Source of the DNA: an uncultured Novosphingobium sp.
Lineage (GTDB): Bacteria; Pseudomonadota; Alphaproteobacteria; Sphingomonadales; Sphingomonadaceae
DNA length: 64,000 bases
Direction of reading: 5' to 3'
Assembly: GCA_964468165.1 (NCBI GenBank)
Contig: CAYXUN010000002.1
Span: 29,446-93,445, forward strand
The notes below the pieces were generated by a model. The model ran no database searches, was not told where the DNA came from, and saw only the letters and a list, made by a program, of their open reading frames with translations. Shown here piece by piece: positions 56,621 through 64,000 of this stretch (position 1 is the first letter of the stretch; each line of letters starts with the position of its first letter). The translations under genes were made by a program, and so were the position numbers.

Positions 56621-57292
56621 TCACGGCACCGCTGGTTTTGCGGGCGCAGACGACTGCCCCACGATGAAGCGCGCGACCAGACGGCGCGTGGTGGCGACCG
56701 GAACGCCTGCCTTATCGGTAACGACCGCCAATTTCCCGCTTCCGGCCAAGGTCTTGCAAGCGGCCCTGGTGAGTGGCGCAGAAAGGATCTCGGTTGCCAG
56801 CGGCTGTGTCTTGGGGGCGGCCACGCATGCGCCGGGCGTACCGTCTGCCGCCACGAACTGGGCGACCGCCACACGCGCGCGGTCTGCTATGCCGGCTGGC
56901 AGGCCGGCGACGTAAACGTCCAGATCGACCTGGTCTGGGCTCTTGGCGTTGACCAAGTTCTCGATCGTAAAGCTGATCCAGGTGCGATAGACCCCATAGA
57001 CTGGCTGACCTTCGACGTCCCGCGCTGGTTCAAAATGCGCGCGCCGTTTGATCAACGCGCATGTCATGGCCGCGGGGGGCTTCTCGGCAAAGCCAGGCCC
57101 ATGCACAAAGCCGATCATGCGGCAGGATTCGGTTAGCCCAGCGGGGTTGACCACCACCTCTACGTTGACCATCGCGCTTTGCAGGGTCTGTGTCATGCGG
57201 CTCGGATAATCGTCGGCCGTGACAACTCTTTCGCCGTGCAGGAGATCTGGCGCGGCAAGGCCAAGCGCAAGTGCAGCAATCAACACGGGCAT
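56621..57292 (-). CDS. TonB C-terminal-domain-like protein
   Basis: Short N-terminal hydrophobic leader, DDYP..VNPAG..SC..TCALI..FEPARD.EGQPV. Confidence 0.65.
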   Translation of the reverse strand: MPVLIAALALGLAAPDLLHGERVVTADDYPSRMTQTLQSAMVNVEVVVNPAGLTESCRMIGFVHGPGFAEKPPAAMTCALIKRRAHFEPARDVEGQPVYGVYRTWISFTIENLVNAKSPDQVDLDVYVAGLPAGIADRARVAVAQFVAADGTPGACVAAPKTQPLATEILSAPLTRAACKTLAGSGKLAVVTDKAGVPVATTRRLVARFIVGQSSAPAKPAVP

Positions 57293-57353
57293 TCACGCTC
57301 TCCACCGGACCATGCCCAGTGTTATGCCGTTATGGCGCCCTTGCCAACTGCGC

Positions 57354-58031
57354 CTATTCGCCCAGCAATTGCTTGCGCAGGCGGGTTTTCACCAGTTTCG
57401 CCTCAAGGATGCGGCCGATCACGTAAAGCACGGCAAAGAAGCTGGCAAAGACATAGGCCGATGTCGGGGAATAGCGATCGCCCTTGCGGTCGGGCTTCTT
57501 GCCGTCCTTGTCAGGCGCGGGGGCGCCCAGGGCCTTGTCGATGGGGTTCATCGGCAGGGCGTGGTCCTTGCTGGCGTCTTTCTTCTTGTCGGCCTTGGCC
57601 TTTTCCGCCGCCTCTGCCGCCGGCTTCTGCCAGTGGCCCACGGCGATCGTCAGTTGGGCAAAGGCCAGGAACAGCAGCGGCGCCAGGAAGCACAGCAAGA
57701 GCGCGCGGCTGATCAGGTGATAACGCAGCACCAGGCCGGCGCTGCCCTGTTCCACCTGCAGCACGCCGTTTTCGAATACCGCCAGCTTGTCTTGCGCGGC
57801 TGGGTCGATCTTGGTGAAGCGCAGGGCATCGGCGGCGCGTTGCTGGCTCGTGCCGGGTTGGCGCAACAGCGGTTGCAGCCGGGCAAAGGCTTCCTCGCCG
57901 GTCTGGCCGGCGGGCAGGTCCAGGCTGCCGCGCACGTGCCAGATCCAATCGATGAAGCGCAGGTTCACGGGCGATTTCCGATGGGTGTGGTGGGGCGCGT
58001 GGCCGGCGAGGGAGGCGATGCTGCTGCTCAT
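57354..58031 (-). CDS. Hypothetical 2-TM membrane protein
   Basis: Starts 8 nt after desaturase stop; two TM segments flanking a charged loop. Confidence 0.65.
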   Translation of the reverse strand: MSSSIASLAGHAPHHTHRKSPVNLRFIDWIWHVRGSLDLPAGQTGEEAFARLQPLLRQPGTSQQRAADALRFTKIDPAAQDKLAVFENGVLQVEQGSAGLVLRYHLISRALLLCFLAPLLFLAFAQLTIAVGHWQKPAAEAAEKAKADKKKDASKDHALPMNPIDKALGAPAPDKDGKKPDRKGDRYSPTSAYVFASFFAVLYVIGRILEAKLVKTRLRKQLLGE

Positions 58032-58038
58032 TCCCGGA

Positions 58039-59028
58039 TCACTCGGCCGGAACGGCGGTGGTGGCGGCGGGGCGGGCGAACTTCGCCTTGATCGTGCGCC
58101 AGCCATCGGTGAACGGATAGGTCATCTGTTCGCGGATGCTCATGCGGCGGCCACCTTCCATGCCCAGCAGTTCGGCTTCGCCATCGACGCAGGTGCCGAA
58201 CATGCGATCGATGAAGATGTAAGTATTGGTGAAGTTGCTGCGGCTGGCTTCAAAGTCTTGAGAATGGTGCAGGCTGTGATGTTCCGTGGTATGGAACAGG
58301 AAACGCCACCAGCGCGGCGAATTGAACCGCACGTTGATGTGCTGATAGCTGCCCACCGCCATGCCGATTGCCCCGGCCAAAAGGAACGCGCGCGGCACGA
58401 AATCGAAGAAGCCACCCACGCCCAAACCGATCAGGAACAGCTCCACCGGATTGCCGACGGCGCCCTTGTTGATGTTGAGCTGGGTGATGTAGTGGTGCAC
58501 CGAATGGGGCAGCCACAGCGGATACCAGTTGTGCATGCCGCGGTGCATCCAGTATTGCCCGAAATCGAAAATGAACGAAATCAGGAAGGCCTGGACCAAT
58601 ATCGGCAGCGTGATGAACCAGTTGAACTTGTCCCAGTGCAAGGTATCCTGGATCGCGCCGACCATGACATCCGAACCGATGAAGCCATCGACCAGGCGCA
58701 ATACAGTATATCCCAGGCCAACATAGAACAAGTCGGTGGTCACTTCCTTCCACGTCAACTGCCAGCTTTCGTGGCGCGGAAAGAAGAACTCCATCGCCAT
58801 CAACAAGACACGGAAGCCGATGCCGATGCCGATCGCGGTGGATGCCTTGGCGATCGAGTTCGGCGCATAGTACCAGAACAGGATCATCGCGAAGAGCACG
58901 GTGGGCTGAAACCAGGTGAAGAACAGGCGCTTGAAAGGCCCACCTTCCACCCGCGGGACGTTTTCCCAGCCCACCGTCACCGGTGCCTGGGTGCCTATCC
59001 GCCGCTTGCCGACCAGAACGCCTTCCAT
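58039..59028 (-). CDS. Sterol desaturase / fatty acid hydroxylase family protein
   Basis: His boxes YWMHRGMH, HSVHH, QHIN, HHSLHHS; TM segments. Confidence 0.9.
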   Translation of the reverse strand: MEGVLVGKRRIGTQAPVTVGWENVPRVEGGPFKRLFFTWFQPTVLFAMILFWYYAPNSIAKASTAIGIGIGFRVLLMAMEFFFPRHESWQLTWKEVTTDLFYVGLGYTVLRLVDGFIGSDVMVGAIQDTLHWDKFNWFITLPILVQAFLISFIFDFGQYWMHRGMHNWYPLWLPHSVHHYITQLNINKGAVGNPVELFLIGLGVGGFFDFVPRAFLLAGAIGMAVGSYQHINVRFNSPRWWRFLFHTTEHHSLHHSQDFEASRSNFTNTYIFIDRMFGTCVDGEAELLGMEGGRRMSIREQMTYPFTDGWRTIKAKFARPAATTAVPAE

Positions 59029-59040
59029 AAGCCTGACCTC

Positions 59041-59091
59041 GTAATACTTGGGTACCCGGTCTAGTAATACTAATTGAAGACATGGTAATAC
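59041..59091. promoter_or_regulatory. Three GTAATAC boxes, putative GntR/FadR-type operators
   Basis: GTAATAC at 59041, 59064, 59085; central copy TAGTA-A-TACTA is palindromic. Confidence 0.55.
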
Positions 59092-59329
59092 GGATCGAAT
59101 GCTTCGTCTATACCATATTGCACCTGCTTATTGCCTAAATCGCCCGGTAAAACCGGCATTTTGGCCGATTTGCCGGCAATGCGATGGTGCGATGCACCGT
59201 CAGGGTGCGCTCCGCCGCACCGGTATTCGCGACAAGGCCGCCCGATTCGCGACAGGAAATGAACTTGCCTCCACGGCGTTTCCCGCCCAGACCGGCGCCC
59301 CCCATGGGTAGAGAAAGGGCACGGCGATC

Positions 59330-60109
59330 ATGGCACGGTTGCAGGACAAGACATGCGTGGTCACCGGCGCTGCCAGCGGCATTGGCCTGGCCATCGCCAG
59401 GCAGTTCCATGCCGAGGGGGCACAGGTGATCCTGACCGATTGCGACAGTGGCGCAGGTGTCGCTGCGGCCGCCACGATCGGTTGCCGGTTTGCGGTGCTC
59501 GACGTGCGGGAAGAGGGCGATTGGGCCGCGCTCGCCGCGCAGGCGCCCGTGATCGATGTGCTGGTCAACAATGCCGGCGTCACCGGGTTCGAGCATGGCG
59601 CCGTGGCGCATGATCCCGAACACGCCAGCCTGGCCGATTGGCGGGCGGTCCATGCCGTCAACCTTGATGGCACGTTCCTGGGCTGCCGCTATGCGATTGG
59701 CGCGATGAAAGAGCAGGGCACGGGCTCGATCATCAATATCTCCTCGCGCTCGGGCCTGGTCGGCATCCCCTTTGCCGCAGCCTATGCCGCGTCAAAGGCG
59801 GCGGTGCGCAACCACACCAAGTCGGTCGCGCTCTATTGCGCGCAGGCCGGCTGGCAGATCCGCTGCAATTCGATCCATCCCGGTGCAATCCTGACCCCGC
59901 TGTGGGAGCCGATGCTGGGCACCGGCCCCGATCGCGAAGCGCGCATGCGGGCGCTGGTCGCCGATACCCCGCTCAAGCGCTTTGGCATGCCCGCGGAAGT
60001 GGCGGCGCTCGCCGTGATGCTCGCCAGCGACGAGGCCACCTATGTGACCGGCGCTGAATTCAACATCGATGGCGGGCTGCTCGCTGGATCTGCCGCAACG
60101 CCGGGGTGA
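59330..60109 (+). CDS. Short-chain dehydrogenase/reductase
   Basis: [21 protein letters not shown]. Confidence 0.93.
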   Translation: MARLQDKTCVVTGAASGIGLAIARQFHAEGAQVILTDCDSGAGVAAAATIGCRFAVLDVREEGDWAALAAQAPVIDVLVNNAGVTGFEHGAVAHDPEHASLADWRAVHAVNLDGTFLGCRYAIGAMKEQGTGSIINISSRSGLVGIPFAAAYAASKAAVRNHTKSVALYCAQAGWQIRCNSIHPGAILTPLWEPMLGTGPDREARMRALVADTPLKRFGMPAEVAALAVMLASDEATYVTGAEFNIDGGLLAGSAATPG

Positions 60110-60124
60110 GGCGGCCGGCGGGCC

Positions 60125-61999
60125 TCACCCGTCGACCTGTTCGCTCCACGCCAGCCACTGCGCTTCCACGCGGGCGAGTTCGGCTTCCAGGTCGTCGCGC
60201 AGCTTGCCCATCGCGCCCAGGTTCATGCCCTTGAGCGGCCCGGTCGCCTTGGCCGGATCGGCGAGGGCGGCGTCGATGTCGGCCATGCGGGCCTGGAGCT
60301 TGGCCATGTCCTTTTCGGCCTTGGCAATCTGCTTGCCCAGTTCGCGGCGCGCCTGCCACGCCGCCTGGGTGGCCGCTTTCTCCGCCTCGGTCTTGGGGCT
60401 CGCGGCCGGCTTGGCGGGGGCATCGGCCTTGGGCTGGTTGCGGCCCAGCACGAAGTCGATGTAATCCTCCATGCTGCCGTCATAGGGCACGGCTGCGCCG
60501 TCATCGACGAGCACCAGGCGGTCGGCGGTCAATTCCACCATGTGGCGATCGTGGCTGATCAGGATGACCGCGCCCTGATAGGCGTTGAGCGCCTGGACCA
60601 GCGCCTCGCGCGCATCGACATCGAGGTGGTTGGTCGGTTCGTCGAGGATGAGGAGGTGCGGCGCATCGCGGGTGACCAGCGCCAGCGCAAGCCGCGCGCG
60701 TTCCCCGCCCGACAGGCGCGAAACCTCGGTCGTCGCCTTGTTGCCGGAAAAGCCGAACCGGCCCAACTGCGCGCGCACGGCGGCCTGGGTCTTGCCCTCC
60801 ATGGCGCGGGTCATGTGCAGCAGCGGCGTATCGCTGCCGGCCAATTCTTCCACCTGGTACTGCGTGAAATAGCCGATGGCGAGTTTGCCCGAGGTGGTCA
60901 TGCCGCCTTCCATCGCCGGCAACTGCCCGGCCAGCAGCCGCGCGAGCGTGGTCTTGCCGTTGCCGTTGCGGCCCAGCAGGGCGATGCGGTCATCGGGATC
61001 GATGCGCAGGTTCAGCCGCTTGAGGATCGGCTGGCCGGGCGCATAGCCCACTGCCGCCATGTCCAGCGTGATGAGCGGCGGGCGCAGTTCATCGGGGCTG
61101 GGGAAATCGAACGTCAGGCTGGGATCTTCCAGCATGGCCACCACCGGCTGCATCTTGGCCAGCATCTTGGCGCGCGATTGGGCCTGCTTCGCGGTAGAGG
61201 CGCGGGCGCTGTTGCGGCGGACATAGTCTTCCAGCTTGGCGCGCTGGCTGGCCTGGGCGGCTTGGGCCGCAGCGGCCTGCGCTGCGCGTTCGGCGCGCTG
61301 CCGCTCGAAACTGTCATAGCCGCCGGGATAGAGCGTGACCTTGCCGCCCTGCAGGTGCAGGATATTGTCCACCACGTTGTTGAGCAGGTCGCGCTCGTGG
61401 CTGATCACGATCTGCGTGCCGGGATAGCTGCGCAGGAAATTCTCCAGCCACAGCGTCGCTTCCAGGTCGAGGTGGTTGGACGGTTCGTCGAGCAGCAGCA
61501 CGTCGGGCTGGGAAAACAGCAGCGAGGCCAGGGCCACGCGCATTTTCCAGCCACCCGAAAAGCTGTCGAGCGGGCTCGCCTGCATCGCTTCGTCAAAACC
61601 CAGGCCGATGAGGATGCGTGCCGCACGCGCCGGGGCGGTGTAGGCATCGATGGCGATCAGCCGCTCGTGCACATCGGCCAGGCGATCAGGATCGGTGCAG
61701 GTGTCGGCCTCGACCAGCAACGCCGCGCGTTCGGTATCGGCGGCCAGCACGGTGTCAAACGGCGTGGCCGTGCCGTTGGGCGCTTCCTGCGCGATATAGC
61801 CCAGGCGGGCGCGGCGCGGCATGTCCACGCTGCCTTCATCGGGCTCGATCTCGCCGATCAGCACTTTCATCAGCGTGGACTTGCCCGCGCCGTTGCGCCC
61901 GATCAGGCCGACGCGGGCGCCGGTGGGAACGGTGGCCGAGGCGCGATCGATGATGGTGCGGCCGCCCAGGCGCACGGTGATGCCGGAAATGGTGAGCAT
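60125..61999 (-). CDS. ABC-F family ATP-binding protein (YheS-like)
   Basis: Two ABC domains (GRNGAGKS, FSGGW, DEPSNHLD; GRNGNGKT, LSGGE, DEPTNHLD), no TM, C-terminal coiled coil. Confidence 0.93.
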   Translation of the reverse strand: MLTISGITVRLGGRTIIDRASATVPTGARVGLIGRNGAGKSTLMKVLIGEIEPDEGSVDMPRRARLGYIAQEAPNGTATPFDTVLAADTERAALLVEADTCTDPDRLADVHERLIAIDAYTAPARAARILIGLGFDEAMQASPLDSFSGGWKMRVALASLLFSQPDVLLLDEPSNHLDLEATLWLENFLRSYPGTQIVISHERDLLNNVVDNILHLQGGKVTLYPGGYDSFERQRAERAAQAAAAQAAQASQRAKLEDYVRRNSARASTAKQAQSRAKMLAKMQPVVAMLEDPSLTFDFPSPDELRPPLITLDMAAVGYAPGQPILKRLNLRIDPDDRIALLGRNGNGKTTLARLLAGQLPAMEGGMTTSGKLAIGYFTQYQVEELAGSDTPLLHMTRAMEGKTQAAVRAQLGRFGFSGNKATTEVSRLSGGERARLALALVTRDAPHLLILDEPTNHLDVDAREALVQALNAYQGAVILISHDRHMVELTADRLVLVDDGAAVPYDGSMEDYIDFVLGRNQPKADAPAKPAASPKTEAEKAATQAAWQARRELGKQIAKAEKDMAKLQARMADIDAALADPAKATGPLKGMNLGAMGKLRDDLEAELARVEAQWLAWSEQVDG

Positions 62000-62026
62000 G
62001 CCCGTGCGCCTAGCCGGCTGCGCCCG

Positions 62027-62806
62027 TCAGAACAAGCCGCGATAGGCCCCGCCATCCAGCGTCAGGCATTGGCCAGAGATATAGCCGGCCTGTGCCGCAC
62101 AGAGAAAGGCGCAGGCATCGCCAAATTCATGCGGCTGGCCCACCCGGCCCGAGGGTCCGCGCGCACCGATGCGGGCATAGGCCTGTTCCAGCGTGATGCC
62201 CTCCTGCGCCACTTGCTGCTGCGCCAGTGAGGCCAGGCGATCGGTGTCGAACGGGCCGGGCAACAGGTTGTTGACCGTCACGTTGTCGGCCACGCAATCG
62301 AACTGCAAGACCTTGGCCATAGCCATCAGCCCGGCGCGCGCCGAAACCGACAGGCCCATTTCCGGCGCCGGCATCAGCACCTGGGCCGACGTGATGTTGA
62401 CGATGCGGCCAAACTTGCGCGCGCGCATGCCGCCCACCACCGCCTTGATCAGCGCCAGCGGGCTCAACATGTTGGCATGCAGCGCTGCCAGGAAATCGGC
62501 CTCGTCCAGCGTGTCGAGCTTGCCCGGGCGCGGGCCGTGGTTGTTGTTGACCAGGATATCGGGATCGGGGCAGGCGGCGAGCAGCGCGGCGCGCCCTTCT
62601 GCCGTGTCGAGATCGCCCACCACCGCCGTAACGCTGGCGCCGGTTTCGCGGGCGATCCGCGCTTGCGCCGCCTCTAGCCGCGCGGCGTCACGTCCATTGA
62701 TCCACACTTGCGCGCCTTCGCGGGCCAGGGCCGTGGCGCAGGCCAGGCCCAGCCCCTTGGATGACGCGCAAACCACTGCCTTGCGTCCGTTGATGCCCAG
62801 ATCCAT
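62027..62806 (-). CDS. Short-chain dehydrogenase/reductase (atypical subgroup)
   Basis: MDLGI.GRKAVVCASSKGLG, ILVNN.GP, LSVSARAGL, LPGPFDTDR. Confidence 0.9.
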   Translation of the reverse strand: MDLGINGRKAVVCASSKGLGLACATALAREGAQVWINGRDAARLEAAQARIARETGASVTAVVGDLDTAEGRAALLAACPDPDILVNNNHGPRPGKLDTLDEADFLAALHANMLSPLALIKAVVGGMRARKFGRIVNITSAQVLMPAPEMGLSVSARAGLMAMAKVLQFDCVADNVTVNNLLPGPFDTDRLASLAQQQVAQEGITLEQAYARIGARGPSGRVGQPHEFGDACAFLCAAQAGYISGQCLTLDGGAYRGLF

Positions 62807-63045
62807 CGCCTGTTCCTTGTGCCGGGGCAGGGTCTTGGTTGGCCCCACCACTGTGTTCGGAAATATGCCTGCCGCTCTATCGCAAACACCGTGGGGAACA
62901 AGCCGGGGCGATGATGCGTTCGCACAGGAGCCCAACCGCCCCATCCTTGCGCCGAAATGCGGGATACGGCTGCGGCGCTCCGCCCTTCGCCCGTCATTCG
63001 ATTGCCACACGGTGATATTTTGCTAATCGCCAGCCGGTGTTCTGC

Positions 63046-64000
63046 GTGAAACCATTCCATCCTGGCCGCGGGGGAGCCGCCCTGGCCCTTGCGCTGGCTT
63101 GCGCGGCCTGCGCCGCGCCCGCGCCGCGCGTGGTCGATCCCGGCCTGGCCCCGGCAGACGACGTGCGCGCCGATGCCATGCCATGGTGGACGCAGGCCGG
63201 TGACCCGGCGTTGGCCCAGGTCATTGCCCAGGGCCTGGCGCATGATGCGCGTCTGGCTTGCGATGCCTGGCAGTTGCAGGCGCAGGCCGATCGCCTCGCG
63301 GCGCGGCGCCGGCACCTTGGCGGCCGGCTGAACGGCTTGATGGCAGGAGAGCGCGTGGCCGATGGCATGGCGCCCGGCGCCTATGCCCATGCCGCGCTGG
63401 TCAATCGCCGCGCCGCTGCCATGGCCGAGGCTTACCTCGCTGTGCGCCTCGCCCAGGCGCGCCTTGCCGCCCGGCGCAGTGCCGCCGCGCCTTGGCAGGA
63501 CAACACCGAAATCGCCCGCTTCCGCCGCGAGGCCGGGCTGGTTTCGGCGATCGACGGCGCGCTGGGCGGCGTGATGGTCGATCTCGATGCCGATGCCGTG
63601 ACCCAGGCCGAAACCGACGTATCGCAGGCCATGGCGCACCTGGCCGAGGAAACCGGCCTTGCCGGCGATGCGCTGGTTGCCCTGATGGGGCAGGGCGGCA
63701 CCGTGCCCGCGCTCAACGATATCGCCGCGCCCGACACCCGCCGTGCTGGCGTGATGCTGGTGCGCCAGGAACAGGGCCAGGCCGTGGTTGCCGGCACCGC
63801 GTCGGTCGATCAAGCCCGCGCTGCCCTGGCCAGTGCCGCGGCAGCCAATGCTGAAGACATGGATAGCGCGGCCAAGGCGCTGGAGGCGGCGCGCCAGCTT
63901 GCCCAGGCGAGTGCGCGCACCCTGGCGCAGGCCGATCGCACCGTGCGCGATGCCCGTGCCGGCTATCGCGCCGGCGCTGAACCGTTCGCCACGCTCTATG
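63046..64000 (+). CDS. Outer membrane efflux factor (NodT/TolC-like) lipoprotein, 3' partial
   Basis: Manual translation from GTG 63046: lipobox-like ALACAAC, WWTQAGDPALAQVIAQGL, RFRREAGLVSAID, GYRAG; frame open to window end. Confidence 0.7.
   Translation, partial: MKPFHPGRGGAALALALACAACAAPAPRVVDPGLAPADDVRADAMPWWTQAGDPALAQVIAQGLAHDARLACDAWQLQAQADRLAARRRHLGGRLNGLMAGERVADGMAPGAYAHAALVNRRAAAMAEAYLAVRLAQARLAARRSAAAPWQDNTEIARFRREAGLVSAIDGALGGVMVDLDADAVTQAETDVSQAMAHLAEETGLAGDALVALMGQGGTVPALNDIAAPDTRRAGVMLVRQEQGQAVVAGTASVDQARAALASAAAANAEDMDSAAKALEAARQLAQASARTLAQADRTVRDARAGYRAGAEPFATLY

Overview
High-GC alphaproteobacterial chromosome segment, almost certainly a sphingomonad (Novosphingobium). The prolyl oligopeptidase at 41928-44099 looks near-identical, from memory, to the Sphingomonas/Novosphingobium capsulata enzyme. 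The centre (20.3-41.3 kb) is the core str-S10-spc-alpha ribosomal supercluster (rpsL to rplQ, with fusA, tuf, secY, adk, rpoA). The left flank holds partial modC, kup divergent from a shortened kdpD-kdpE pair, a soluble PAS chemoreceptor, a cargo-less type I secretion operon, an HWE kinase, a stand-alone ligAB dioxygenase, a NarL-type two-component pair, an uncharacterised membrane-anchored LuxR module and tonB. The right flank holds a solitary degenerate RES protein, two tandem prolyl oligopeptidases, zeta(DUF1476)-bolA-grxD, a candidate sigma54-driven sRNA, NUDIX, a partial polysaccharide cluster with small tail-anchored proteins, an S41 peptidase, a sterol-desaturase-family gene with GntR-like operators, two SDRs, an ABC-F and a partial outer-membrane factor. 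No rRNA, tRNA, CRISPR array, transposase or phage genes were recognised; three small palindromic REP/MITE-like elements were. All assignments come from motif reading and recall; no searches were run.
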